A DNA stretch of 63,142 nucleotides, counting the filler, from an uncultured bacterium (GTDB lineage Bacteria; CAYJRR01), in NCBI GenBank assembly GCA_964372275.1. It is 5 parts of 5 records of this genome, joined end to end, with 100 filler letters (N's around TTAATTAATTAA, not from the genome) between each part and the next. Parts side by side here need not be neighbours in the genome. Positions count along the whole stretch, not along the records: positions 1 to 12,988 come from CAYJRR010000127.1; positions 13,089 to 25,872 come from CAYJRR010000128.1; 3 more parts are not named here. The stretch is one strand, 5' to 3'. This document shows, piece by piece, positions 11,192 through 25,059 of this stretch. The notes beneath the pieces are model-generated. The model was not told the DNA's origin. It did not search any database and saw only the letters and a list, made by a program, of their open reading frames with translations. Every line of letters begins with the position of its first letter. Position 1 is the first letter of the stretch. The position numbers and the translations under genes are program-made.

Positions 11192-11677
11192 ATGAGCAAG
11201 GCGTTCACCAAGGAGGACGACGGCGGACCCGGGGAGAGCTTGCCCGACGAGCCGTGGCCCCTCCCGCCGGGGGAGAAGAACTACATGACGACCGCCGGCG
11301 AGGCACGGCTGCGCGACGAGCGCGCCCGCCTTCGCGAGGAGGCGCGTGCCGATCCGAGTCGCAAGCGGGAGATCGAGCGGCGCCTACGGGCGATCGACCG
11401 CCGACTCGACGCGGCCGAAGTGGTCGATCCGCTCGCGCAGCCCGCCGATCGGGTTCTGTTCGGGGCGACCGTCCGGATCCGCGACGGCGAAGGCCGCGAA
11501 CGCCGCGTGCGGATCGTCGGAGTCGACGAGGCCGACGCCCGGAGCGGGCAGGTGAGTTGGCTCTCGCCGATCGCGCGCGCGCTGCTGCGTTCCCGCGTCG
11601 GCGACGTGGTGACGTTCCGCTCGCCGCGCGGGGACGAGGAGCTCGTGGTGCTACGCATCGACTACGAATCGTCCTAG
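11192..11677 (+). CDS. greB: transcription elongation factor GreB-like
   Basis: MSKAFTKEDD, NYMT..G, VLFGATV, IVGVDE, VSWLSPIARALL. Confidence 0.85.
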   Translation: MSKAFTKEDDGGPGESLPDEPWPLPPGEKNYMTTAGEARLRDERARLREEARADPSRKREIERRLRAIDRRLDAAEVVDPLAQPADRVLFGATVRIRDGEGRERRVRIVGVDEADARSGQVSWLSPIARALLRSRVGDVVTFRSPRGDEELVVLRIDYESS

Positions 11678-12114
11678 GGGAACGCGAACGGGTCGTAGCC
11701 CGTCGGACCCAAGAGGTCGCCGGAGCCATCGATCCCGAGCCGCTCACGCAACGCCAGATTGGCCTTCCGGGCGTCGAGTCGAAGCCCCCGCCGGAGCGCG
11801 CGCTGGTCCAGCAGCTTCTGCAAGCGCCGTTGCAGAGACTCGAGCTGCAGTCGGCGAAGCGAGTCGACCCGGAGGCGGACCGGCGCACCTTCGATCGTCC
11901 CGTCGATCTCGAAGCGAGAGAAGCGCCGGCCAAAACGGAAACGGGTCGGTTGAAAGCGGCTCAGGCGGAGCGGAGCGCGACGCGCGTCGGAAATCGTCCG
12001 GGAAAGATCGCCGACGGCGCCGCCGTCGCTCGACCCGCAGCGGGCCCGTGCGGCCTCCGGGAACGACGCCGAGAGGACGAGGGCGGAAAGGACGACGGCG
12101 GCGAATCGGTTCAT
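11674..12114 (-). CDS. exported hypothetical protein (146 aa, Arg-rich)
   Basis: signal peptide MNRFAAVVLSALVLSASFPEAARA; GGAGGA SD and sigma54 promoter upstream. Confidence 0.65.
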   Translation of the reverse strand: MNRFAAVVLSALVLSASFPEAARARCGSSDGGAVGDLSRTISDARRAPLRLSRFQPTRFRFGRRFSRFEIDGTIEGAPVRLRVDSLRRLQLESLQRRLQKLLDQRALRRGLRLDARKANLALRERLGIDGSGDLLGPTGYDPFAFP

Positions 12115-12146
12115 CGGTCCTCCGGTGCGCGGGGTCGAGGCGCGAG

Positions 12147-12162
12147 AGCAACGAGGGTGCCA
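12147..12162 (-). promoter_or_regulatory. sigma54 (-24/-12) promoter
   Basis: TGGCACCCTCGTTGCT, exact TGGCAC-N5-TTGC match; AT-rich tract with ATTGA-N8-TCAAT palindrome (12188-12205) upstream. Confidence 0.8.
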
Positions 12163-12351
12163 ACGGTCGCGGCGGAGGCGCGCCGGGATTGATTCTCGTG
12201 TCAATGCGGATCGATCGATGATGAATTTCCATTCACCGCCGGCGTCCACGCGCGGCGCCGCGCCGAGTTCTGGCTCGCCCAGCCGTCCCACGGCCGCCCC
12301 AGGCCAGGGGACGGTTGTGTCGCCGACGTCGATGGGAGAAAACCCGTCCCC

Positions 12352-12988
12352 GTGCGGGTTTCCGACTTCGACTACGACCTGCCGGAGGCGGCGATCGCCC
12401 AGCGTCCGCTGCCCGACCGCGCCGCGAGCCGGCTGCTCGTGGTCGACCGGCGGACCGGCGCGCGCCGGCACGCCGCATTCCGCGAGATCGGCCGCCACCT
12501 CCCTCCGCGCGCGCTGCTGGTGCTGAACGACACCGCCGTGATCCCGGCACGGCTGGTCGGTCGGCGCGAGGGGACCGGCGGCCGCGCCGAGATCCTGTTG
12601 CTCGCCCGCGCCGGCGGGCGCGACGCCTTCGCGCCCCCCGTCGCGGACGAGCCGGCCTGGGGGCGCTGGACGGCGCTCGTCACCGCGAGCAAGAAGATCC
12701 GCCCGGGGGCGCGGATCCGCCTCGGCGAGAGCGCCGGTGCCAGCGCCGCCGTCGTCGCGCCGGCCGGCGACGGGGCGCCGGAGGGGGCGTGGGTCGTCGA
12801 CCTGGACGGCACGGGTCCGTTGCAAGCGGGCCTCACCGCGCTCGGCGCGGCGCCGCTCCCCCCCTACATCCGGCGCGCGCAGGGTCCGGACGACCTCGAC
12901 CGTTCCCGCTACCAGACCGTCTTCGCGCGCGCCCCCGGGGCGGGCGCCGCGCCGACCGCCGGGCTCCACGTCACCGACGGGCTGCTGG
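12352..12988 (+). CDS. queA: SAM:tRNA ribosyltransferase-isomerase (3' partial)
   Basis: DFDYDLP..IAQ.P, LVLNDT.VIPARL, PLPPYI, YQTVFA, AAPTAGLH. Confidence 0.95.
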
Positions 12989-13088
12989 NNNNNNNNNNNN
13001 NNNNNNNNNNNNNNNNNNNNNNNNNNNNNNNNTTAATTAATTAANNNNNNNNNNNNNNNNNNNNNNNNNNNNNNNNNNNNNNNNNNNN
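12989..13088. other. artificial contig spacer
   Basis: N run with TTAATTAATTAA core, 100 bp. Confidence 0.98.
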
Positions 13089-13601
13089 GACTACGCGACG
13101 CTGACCGACAACAACGGCCGCAAGGCCGACTTCCGCAACGTCATCGTGATCCTCACCACCAACGCCGGCGCGCGCGAGATGTCGTCGGGCCGGATCGGCT
13201 TCGGCGGCCAGGAGGCGGTCGGGGAGGCGGGCTCGGAGAAAGAGGCGATGGAGCGGATCTTCAGTCCGGAGTTCCGCAACCGCCTCGACGCGCTGGTCCG
13301 CTTCGACTCCCTGCCGCTGCCGATGATCGAGCGGGTGGTGGACAAGAACGTGGCCGAGCTGCAGGCGCAGCTCGCGGAGCGGAACGTGACACTCGACCTT
13401 TCGGCGGAGGCGCGGACCTGGTTCGCGCGCCGCGGGTTCGACCCCACGTTCGGCGCGCGGCCGATGGCGCGCCTGATCCAGGCGGAGCTCAAGCGTCCGC
13501 TCTCCGAGGCGCTGCTGTTCGGGGCCCTCGAGAAGCGCGGCGGAAAGGTCCGGATCCGCATCGAGGATGACAAGCCGGTCCTCGATGTGATACCGAAATG
13601 A
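13089..13601 (+). CDS. clpA: Clp protease ATP-binding subunit ClpA, C-terminal part (5' partial)
   Basis: LTDNNGRKADFRNVI, FSPEFRNRLD, GARPMARLIQ. Confidence 0.92.
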   Translation, partial: DYATLTDNNGRKADFRNVIVILTTNAGAREMSSGRIGFGGQEAVGEAGSEKEAMERIFSPEFRNRLDALVRFDSLPLPMIERVVDKNVAELQAQLAERNVTLDLSAEARTWFARRGFDPTFGARPMARLIQAELKRPLSEALLFGALEKRGGKVRIRIEDDKPVLDVIPK

Positions 13602-13626
13602 GCCGTTTTTCGGAGTCGGGAGATCT

Positions 13627-14025
13627 GTGAGCGCCAACATCAGCAGCAGCGCGGTGACCGACGGGATCCGGGTTTCGGTCCGGACCGGTTTTCTTCCGGA
13701 GCAGTCGAACCCCGGCCAGTCCCGCTACGCCTTCCGCTACACGATCACCATCGCCAACGAGGGGACCGAGGGGGCGCAACTCCGCTCGCGACACTGGGTG
13801 ATTACCGACGGGAACGCAAAGGTGGAGGAGGTCCGCGGACCTGGCGTGGTCGGGTTCCAACCGGTCCTCCGGCCGGGCGAGGCGTTCGAATACACCAGCG
13901 GCTGCATCCTCGAGACCCCGTTCGGCGTGATGCACGGCACCTATCAGATGCAACGCCCCGACGGCCGGATGTTCGACGCGAGAATCGCCGAGTTCACGCT
14001 CGCCGTCCCGAACGTCGTGAACTGA
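13627..14025 (+). CDS. apaG: ApaG domain protein
   Basis: QLRSRHWVITD, VRGPGVVG.QP, FEYTSGC.LETPFGVMHGTY. Confidence 0.95.
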   Translation: MSANISSSAVTDGIRVSVRTGFLPEQSNPGQSRYAFRYTITIANEGTEGAQLRSRHWVITDGNAKVEEVRGPGVVGFQPVLRPGEAFEYTSGCILETPFGVMHGTYQMQRPDGRMFDARIAEFTLAVPNVVN

Positions 14026-14113
14026 CCCGCCGCCGGATCCCTACGTCGACGCGGTAGGATCGCGGGAGGCGGCGTCGAAGTCGGCCGCCATCGCTCTTGA
14101 AGCGGAGGTCGGG

Positions 14114-15763
14114 ATGTCGCGTGCATTCAGGTGGCGGATCGGGTCGTCCCTCGTCGTGCTCTCGCTCGGAGCCGGCTGCGGTCCGGCGAGCGATCCGGCC
14201 AAGCGCATCGCCTACTCCAACGCCGAGTCCGGGCTATTGGCCGACGACGTCCAGTCGGCGATCGACGAACTGCACGCGCGCATGGAGTCGCTGCAAGCCC
14301 AGCTCGAGAATGCCGACGAGGATGATGAGGAGCAGTTGGCGCGAATCGCCGCCCTCGAATCGAAGGTGGCTGCGCTGGAATCGAAGACCTCCTCGATCTC
14401 GGCCGCCACGGTCGACGGAAAGCCCGCGGTCGTCTTCGAAGGGGTGAACGTTCACGTGCGGAGCGGATCGGGGGCCACCGATGGCCAGGTCAACGGAGTC
14501 GGGAACCTGGTGATCGGCTACAACGAGCCGCGCGACGGCGGGGACGACCGAGGCGGATCGCACAACCTGGTCGTCGGCCGGAAGAACGACTTCGCGAGCT
14601 TCGGGGGGATCGTCGCCGGCGACGAGAACGCCATCTCCGGTGCCTTTTCCTCGGTGCTGGCCGGAAACGGAAACGTCGCGTCGGGTGACTACGCCTCGGT
14701 CGCAGGCGGGTCGAGCAACGTGGCTTCGGGCGACGGCGCGAGCGTCGCCGGAGGGAGCGGCAACACCGCCTCTGGCGCGGCTGCGAGCATTGCCGGTGGC
14801 GGGGGCAACAGCGCCACCGGCGATTCGTCCTCGATCGCGGGCGGCGAGAACGGCTCCGTGTCGGCGAGCTACGCCGCCGTCGGCGGAGGGAACGCGGTGA
14901 CGATGGGCGACGCGCACGGCTGGACCGGCGGAACCGTCACGCCGGCGGCGCTCACGGCCCTGCAGGCGAAGACCGCGTCGATGGCGGCGACGACGGTCGA
15001 CGGCGCGGCCGCGGTCGTCTTCACCGGTGTCAACGTGCACGTCCGCAGTGGCGCCGGATCGACCGACGCGGTCGTGAACGGCCTCGGGAACCTGATCGTC
15101 GGCTACAATGAAGCACGCGGGTCCGGTGACGACCGCAGCGGCTCGCACAACCTGGTGGTCGGCCGGAAGCACAACTTCACCAGCTACGGCGGCATCGTCG
15201 CCGGCGAAGAGAACGAGATCTCCGGCAGCTTCGCCAGCGTCGGCGGAGGCACGATGAACGTCGCCTCCGGCCCCCGCTCGGCGATCGCGGGTGGGAGCGG
15301 AAACTCGACCGTCGGCGATGCGTCGGCCGTCGCCGGAGGCAGCGGAGGGATCGCCTCGGGCGCCACCGCGACGATCTCCGGCGGCCTCGACAACGTCGCC
15401 TCGGGGGCCGGCTCGTCGGTCGCCGGCGGCGCCAACAACGTCGCCAGCGGAATGCGGTCCGCCGTCGCCGGCGGCGACACCAACCTGGCCAGCGGGACGA
15501 TGTCGGCCGTTTCGGGCGGATCGCAGAACACCGCCTCGGGTCTCGCCAGCAGCGTCTCCGGCGGCGGCGATGGAACCGCCTCCGGCGAGGAGTCGTCGGT
15601 CGCCGGCGGCGTCGGCAACCAGGCGACCGCCCAGGGCGCGGCGGTGTCCGGAGGAAGCGGCAACGGCGCCACCGAGTTCGCCGCCTCCGTCGGCGGCGGC
15701 CTGAACCGCACCGCCTCCGGCATCAACGACTGGCGAGCCGGCACCCTCTTCGAGGATCTCTGA
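14114..15763 (+). CDS. lipoprotein with coiled coil and duplicated neck plus 14-residue Gly/Ser/Asn repeats (fibre/adhesin-like)
   Basis: lipobox LGAGC; DVQSAIDEL coiled coil; two copies of VVF.GVNVHVRSG..NG.GNL..GYNE; many S.VAGG..N.ASG repeats. Confidence 0.75.
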   Translation: MSRAFRWRIGSSLVVLSLGAGCGPASDPAKRIAYSNAESGLLADDVQSAIDELHARMESLQAQLENADEDDEEQLARIAALESKVAALESKTSSISAATVDGKPAVVFEGVNVHVRSGSGATDGQVNGVGNLVIGYNEPRDGGDDRGGSHNLVVGRKNDFASFGGIVAGDENAISGAFSSVLAGNGNVASGDYASVAGGSSNVASGDGASVAGGSGNTASGAAASIAGGGGNSATGDSSSIAGGENGSVSASYAAVGGGNAVTMGDAHGWTGGTVTPAALTALQAKTASMAATTVDGAAAVVFTGVNVHVRSGAGSTDAVVNGLGNLIVGYNEARGSGDDRSGSHNLVVGRKHNFTSYGGIVAGEENEISGSFASVGGGTMNVASGPRSAIAGGSGNSTVGDASAVAGGSGGIASGATATISGGLDNVASGAGSSVAGGANNVASGMRSAVAGGDTNLASGTMSAVSGGSQNTASGLASSVSGGGDGTASGEESSVAGGVGNQATAQGAAVSGGSGNGATEFAASVGGGLNRTASGINDWRAGTLFEDL

Positions 15764-15773
15764 GGAAGCCGGT

Positions 15774-16109
15774 TCAGGCGGACCGGACCGTCTGCGCGAC
15801 GGGCGGATGCTGGCGGGCCTCCCGTCGCTGCTTCCAGGTGAAAGCCGCGTAGGCCACGGTCAACAGGAGCGACAGTAGGAAGATCGGCATGCGCTCCTTC
15901 GGATTCTCGAACTTCTCATCGGGCAGCAGCAGCGCGGCCAGCGGCATCACGATCGCCGCGGTGCCAGAAACGGCGTTGCCGACGTGGCTGAAGAAGTCGA
16001 ATCGCCTCCGGCACGCCGGGCAGCGATAGCGCAGCGCGAGGGGAATACCGGCGATCGTCAGTTCTTCGGGTGAGATCGTCTCCTCACCGGCGATGCAGCG
16101 GCGTTCCAT
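15774..16109 (-). CDS. hypothetical membrane protein with CxxC and two TM helices
   Basis: ORF with GGAGA SD; YRCPAC; two hydrophobic segments. Confidence 0.55.
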   Translation of the reverse strand: MERRCIAGEETISPEELTIAGIPLALRYRCPACRRRFDFFSHVGNAVSGTAAIVMPLAALLLPDEKFENPKERMPIFLLSLLLTVAYAAFTWKQRREARQHPPVAQTVRSA

Positions 16110-16127
16110 CCAGGTCTCCGTCAGGAA

Positions 16128-16895
16128 TCACAATCGCCCGAGGATCCGGTAGGCAGCAATCCCTACGTATTCGTGGATTGCGGCTTCGCTCGTGACTAGG
16201 CGGCCGGCGCGCGGGAGAAGGAGGTCGCCCACTCCCCAGTCGCGCTCCGGCGCCAGGTAGTCGGCGGGGACCGGTGTGACCGTCAGCCCCCGCTTGCGGA
16301 AGAGAGCCGCGGCGCGCGGCAGATGGACCGCCGACGAGACCAGGGCCACCTTCGCTCCCGGCGGGAGCATGCGCGCCACCTCGGCGGCGTTTTCACTCGT
16401 GGTGCGCGAGCGCGCGTCGACTTGGACGCGCGCGGGATCGGCGCCGATCGAGAGGGCGATCTCGCGCATCGTCTCCCCTTCGCCCGGGTTCTTTCCCTCG
16501 GGATCGGCGATCCCGCCAGCCACGACCATCATGCTCGCGACGTCATCGCCGAGGAGCTCGAGTCCGCGCACCAACCGGTCGACGCCGGGGGTGCCGAGCA
16601 CCGTACCGCGCCGGATTCCCGGCTCCCAGCGGGCCCCGCCGCCCAGCACCACGATCGCGTCGTGGCGCTCGAGCGCGCCGGCCACCGGCGGGTAGCGCCG
16701 CTCTAGAGGCCGCAGCAACAGCTCGTTGACGGGCCGGGTGCCGAAAACGAACAGCATTGCGACGGCGGTCGCAAGCAGGCGTCGGCTCCATGTCTCGCGG
16801 CGGCGCACCGAGGAGATCAGCGCCGCGACGGTGAGCCCGGCGATCCAAAGGTCGGGCTGCAGGAGGAGCTGCGCCCACTTGTAGAGCGCGTACAC
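16128..16895 (-). CDS. YdcF/ElyC family (DUF218) membrane protein
   Basis: AIVVLGGG, SRTTSENA, LVSSAVHLPRA, IHEYVG. Confidence 0.9.
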   Translation of the reverse strand: MYALYKWAQLLLQPDLWIAGLTVAALISSVRRRETWSRRLLATAVAMLFVFGTRPVNELLLRPLERRYPPVAGALERHDAIVVLGGGARWEPGIRRGTVLGTPGVDRLVRGLELLGDDVASMMVVAGGIADPEGKNPGEGETMREIALSIGADPARVQVDARSRTTSENAAEVARMLPPGAKVALVSSAVHLPRAAALFRKRGLTVTPVPADYLAPERDWGVGDLLLPRAGRLVTSEAAIHEYVGIAAYRILGRL

Positions 16896-17019
16896 AACGC
16901 GAATGACACCGCGTCACGGGCCGCCAGGCCAGTCCCATCGGGAGTCTGAGCTTCCGTGTCGCGAGACCCCGTTCCGAAGGACTCGCCAACGATACGCGCG
17001 TCTAGTAAGCTACGCGGTC

Positions 17020-21411
<4,392 letters not shown>

Positions 21412-21447
21412 TTCGACGTCGCGTCGCCTCGGTCGCCCCCGCGGCTC

Positions 21448-23304
21448 CTAGTAGAGGATCTTCGCGTTGGCCACGAAGCCGTCCGCTCCTTTGAGAGCGC
21501 CGATGCCGCCACCGACGCCGCCGAGTCCGAGCTCGATCGTCGACTCCACCGCGGTGACGTCGCCGACGCCGGAGGTGAGGGTCGCGATCGACGCGCCGCC
21601 CGCTCCGCCGGCGCCGGCGCCACCCCGGCCGCCCAAGCCGCCGTTGCCACCGCGGCCACCCTTCCCGCCCATGCTCCAGCCGAGGTAGAGCGTGTTGCTG
21701 CTGCCGCTGCTCATCCCGAAGGTGAAGGGGTTCGACACCTTGGTGCCGCCGGGGAGCGTGATTTCGACCCCCCAATCCCCGCTCGATCCGCTCGCGAGCT
21801 GCGTGACGGCGGTGCCGAGCGATCCGTCGCGGCCATCACCGCCGAGTCCGCCGTTCGCCCCATCCGTCCCGTTCGCGCCGTTTCCGCCATTCCCCGCCTT
21901 CACCAGCGAACCCACGATCGTGACGGTCGAGTTGTGCGCGTAGACGGCCACCGACGACGCGCCTCCCTGACCACCGCGCCCGCCCTCTCCGCCGCAGCCG
22001 CCGTACCCACCGTTTCCGCCGGCGCCGCCCGAGGTGGCGCCGACCGCGTTCGAGGTTTCGGTCTGCGAATCGAAGTCCCAGCCGATCGACCCGACCACCT
22101 TGAAGCCCGTGGAGCCCGAGCTCTTCTTGATCTTGTGGCGAACCGCCGCCGCCCCTCCGCCGCCGGCGCCACCCCCCTGACCGTTTCGCCCCCACGCGCC
22201 AGCGGTTCCGAAGCGGCCGACGAGGTAGGTCGAGTCGAGCTCGTTGGCGGTCCCCGGAATTCCGTCGAGGCCGTTCGCTCCGGAAAGACCGATCTTCCCG
22301 TTGCCGCCGTTCCCACCGCGCGTATTGACCGGGTCGAAGATGCCGGCGCTGCCCGGCGCCGCGGTGTTCCAGTCCGCCACGATGCCGGTCTGACCGTTGC
22401 GATTGCCCCCACCGAAGGCGCCGCCCTCCCCCCCCATCCCGCCGCGGTTCGAGCCCTGAGCGTCTCCGCAGTTCTGGGTGGCGGAGGGGATCGCCCCGTT
22501 GCCGGCGTTCGTGGCACTGACCGCGTTCGAAGAGGGGAGCGCGTCGAGTCCGTCGGCGCCGGGTGCGGCGGCAATCGGATAGACGATCCCGTTCCCCGCC
22601 TGGCGCGACTCGATCTGGACGTTCTGGAAGAAGAGATTTTGCGATTCGGCGACCGCCACTCCCAGCGAAGGCTTCGGCATGGCGCGACCGAGAAGGTCGG
22701 TCGGCGCGGGGCAGACGGTCGGGGCGCGGTCGCCGGTCAGGACGCCGTAACCGACGCACCCGATTCCGCGAACCAGGAAGGCCTGCTTGTCGGTGGACGG
22801 CCCGGTCTGCGGCGCTTCCGAGCCCTCGATCGTCAGATCCTTCACCGTCGTGGTCGCATGGATTCCGTTGGCGACGAGCGCCGGGCTCCCTCCGCTCAGC
22901 ACCGTCCGGCAGGATTCGGTCGACTGCCGGAACCCCTCTTCGCCGATGCACACCGAACCGTGGAGATTGACCCCGTCGGCGAGGACGACGACCTCGGTGA
23001 CCGCCGCATTGAGACCGCCGCCGTAGACGAACACGTCGTGGAGCCCCTGCGCGAGCGCCGCCGAGATGGCGGCGTTCACCGACCGTTTGGGGGCGGCGAC
23101 GCTTCCCGGGGCCGAATCGGATCCGTCGAACGGGGCGACGTAGATCCCGTTCGGGTAGGGCACGGCAGTGGGGGCCTGTTCCGGCGCCGGGGTGGCGGTC
23201 TCTTCGGCCGGGATCGAGCCGGTCGATTCGATTCCGGTCGAGCCGCAGCCGAAGGCGGTCAGGGCGGCGAGGGTGGTTCCGGCGAGTCGAAGGGTGCGGT
23301 TCAT
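21448..23304 (-). CDS. Gly-rich surface lipoprotein (DUF1565-like N-terminus, PGRS-like repeats)
   Basis: lipobox LTAFGC; YVA..GSD.APGS..AP..SV.AAI; GGxGGxGG tracts; GGAGA SD. Confidence 0.75.
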   Translation of the reverse strand: MNRTLRLAGTTLAALTAFGCGSTGIESTGSIPAEETATPAPEQAPTAVPYPNGIYVAPFDGSDSAPGSVAAPKRSVNAAISAALAQGLHDVFVYGGGLNAAVTEVVVLADGVNLHGSVCIGEEGFRQSTESCRTVLSGGSPALVANGIHATTTVKDLTIEGSEAPQTGPSTDKQAFLVRGIGCVGYGVLTGDRAPTVCPAPTDLLGRAMPKPSLGVAVAESQNLFFQNVQIESRQAGNGIVYPIAAAPGADGLDALPSSNAVSATNAGNGAIPSATQNCGDAQGSNRGGMGGEGGAFGGGNRNGQTGIVADWNTAAPGSAGIFDPVNTRGGNGGNGKIGLSGANGLDGIPGTANELDSTYLVGRFGTAGAWGRNGQGGGAGGGGAAAVRHKIKKSSGSTGFKVVGSIGWDFDSQTETSNAVGATSGGAGGNGGYGGCGGEGGRGGQGGASSVAVYAHNSTVTIVGSLVKAGNGGNGANGTDGANGGLGGDGRDGSLGTAVTQLASGSSGDWGVEITLPGGTKVSNPFTFGMSSGSSNTLYLGWSMGGKGGRGGNGGLGGRGGAGAGGAGGASIATLTSGVGDVTAVESTIELGLGGVGGGIGALKGADGFVANAKILY

Positions 23305-23346
23305 GGTGTCTCCTCTGATTCCGTGCGTCGTTCGAGGAGTAGAGAG

Positions 23347-23362
23347 AGCAACGGCCGGACCC
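23347..23362 (-). promoter_or_regulatory. probable sigma54 promoter
   Basis: GGGTCCGGCCGTTGCT (GG-N10-GC) with an AT-rich tract upstream at ~23380-23410. Confidence 0.5.
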
Positions 23363-23497
23363 TCCCCCAGAATGGAAAGGCCAAGATATTTCAGAAACTT
23401 GCCATCATTCGAGGGGCGCGGAGGTCCGAACGTCGGACGGGCGTCCGGACGGTCCGAGCCGACCGATTCACGAGCCCTCGTGCGAAGATGCGAGGCC

Positions 23498-25054
23498 ATG
23501 ACGACCTCGGTTTGGGGGTGGATCGGCATCTCGGTGGCCGCAGCACTGGTCGTGGTCGCGATCCACGATCGCTTCCTTTCGCACGACAACATCCTGCGGA
23601 ACTTCCCGGTGATCGGGCATCTCCGCTACCTGCTGATCGAGATCGGTCCGGAGTTGCGGCAGTACATCGTCGCCAACAACCGCGAGGAGTTGCCGTTCAG
23701 CCGCGATGAGCGCGAGTGGATCTACCGGTCGGCGCGCGGCGAGAACAACTACTTCGGCTTCGGCACCGACGACCAGATCTACAACATCGGATATCCGGTC
23801 ATCAAACACGCGGCCTTTCCCCACGGGGAGGTCAGCTTCACCGGATCGATCCACGACACGTTGCACGACGTCCCGTGCGCGAAGGTCTTCGGCGAGGAGC
23901 ACCGGCGCGCCAAGGCGTGGCGGCCGCGCTCGATCGTAAACGTCTCGGCGATGAGCTTCGGATCGCTCGGGGCCCGCGCGATCGAGGCGATGAATCGGGG
24001 CGCGAAGATGGCCGGCTGCTACCACAACACCGGCGAAGGCGGGATCTCGCCGCACCACAAGCACGGCGCCGACGTGATCTACCAAATCGGTACCGGAAAA
24101 TTCGGCTGCCGAGATCTCGACGGCCGATTCTCGATGGAGGCGTTGGCCTCGACGCTGGCCGGCGCGCCGACCGTCCGGGGCATCGAGATCAAACTCTCGC
24201 AGGGGGCGAAGCCGGGGAAAGGGGGCGTCCTTCCCGGACGGAAGGTGACGCCGGAGATCGCGGCGATCCGCGGCGTGCGGCCCGGAAGGGACTGCATCAG
24301 TCCGAACGGCCACGCCGAATTCCACGACGTGCGCGGGATGATCGACTTCATCGAACGGATCGCCGCGGAAACGGGCCTTCCAGTCGGAATCAAGTCGGCG
24401 GTGGGACAGCTCGGCTTCTGGAGGGAGCTGGCGATCGCCATGCGCGAGACGAAGCGCGGCCCCGATTGGATCACGATCGACGGGGGCGAGGGGGGGACCG
24501 GCGCGGCCCCGCTCACCTTTACCGACCACGTTTCGCTGCCGTTCAAGGTGGGGCTGACCCGCGTCTACCGGACGTTTCTCGACGAGAAGATGGCGCGGCG
24601 CGTGGTGTGGATCGGGAGCGGCCGACTGGGTTTCCCCGACCGGGCGATCGTGGCGTTCGCCCTGGGGTGCGACATGGTGAACATCGCGCGCGAGGCGATG
24701 CTCTCCATCGGCTGCATCCAGGCGCAGAAGTGCCACACCGACCGGTGTCCGTCCGGGGTCGCCACGCAGGACCGGCGCTTGCAGCAGGGACTGGAGCCGG
24801 AGTTGCAAGCGACGCGGCTGGCCCGCTACTGCCAGTCGTTCCGCAACGAGATCCTGGCGGTGACGCACGCCTGCGGTTACGAGCACCCATCGCAGTTCAC
24901 GGCCGACGACGTGGAGATGAGCTCCGGTCCGGCGAAGTTCACCACGCTAAAGGATTTGCATGGCTACACCCCGGATCGCGAGTGGCGGGGGATCGAAGGG
25001 TGGGGATCCCTCGCGCCGGGTGCACACTGCGAGATCCCGTCGATGAGGGCCTAG
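23498..25054 (+). CDS. FMN-binding glutamate synthase family protein
   Basis: SAMSFGSL, HNTGEGG, EIKLSQGAKPGKGG, DGGEGGTGAAP, CIQAQKCHTDRCP. Confidence 0.93.
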   Translation: MTTSVWGWIGISVAAALVVVAIHDRFLSHDNILRNFPVIGHLRYLLIEIGPELRQYIVANNREELPFSRDEREWIYRSARGENNYFGFGTDDQIYNIGYPVIKHAAFPHGEVSFTGSIHDTLHDVPCAKVFGEEHRRAKAWRPRSIVNVSAMSFGSLGARAIEAMNRGAKMAGCYHNTGEGGISPHHKHGADVIYQIGTGKFGCRDLDGRFSMEALASTLAGAPTVRGIEIKLSQGAKPGKGGVLPGRKVTPEIAAIRGVRPGRDCISPNGHAEFHDVRGMIDFIERIAAETGLPVGIKSAVGQLGFWRELAIAMRETKRGPDWITIDGGEGGTGAAPLTFTDHVSLPFKVGLTRVYRTFLDEKMARRVVWIGSGRLGFPDRAIVAFALGCDMVNIAREAMLSIGCIQAQKCHTDRCPSGVATQDRRLQQGLEPELQATRLARYCQSFRNEILAVTHACGYEHPSQFTADDVEMSSGPAKFTTLKDLHGYTPDREWRGIEGWGSLAPGAHCEIPSMRA

Positions 25055-25059
25055 CCCGG

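Noticed and set aside
14600-15720. ~42-bp periodic repeats as a CRISPR-like array
   Set aside because: Degenerate coding repeats of a 14-aa motif, with no identical repeats, unique spacers or cas genes.
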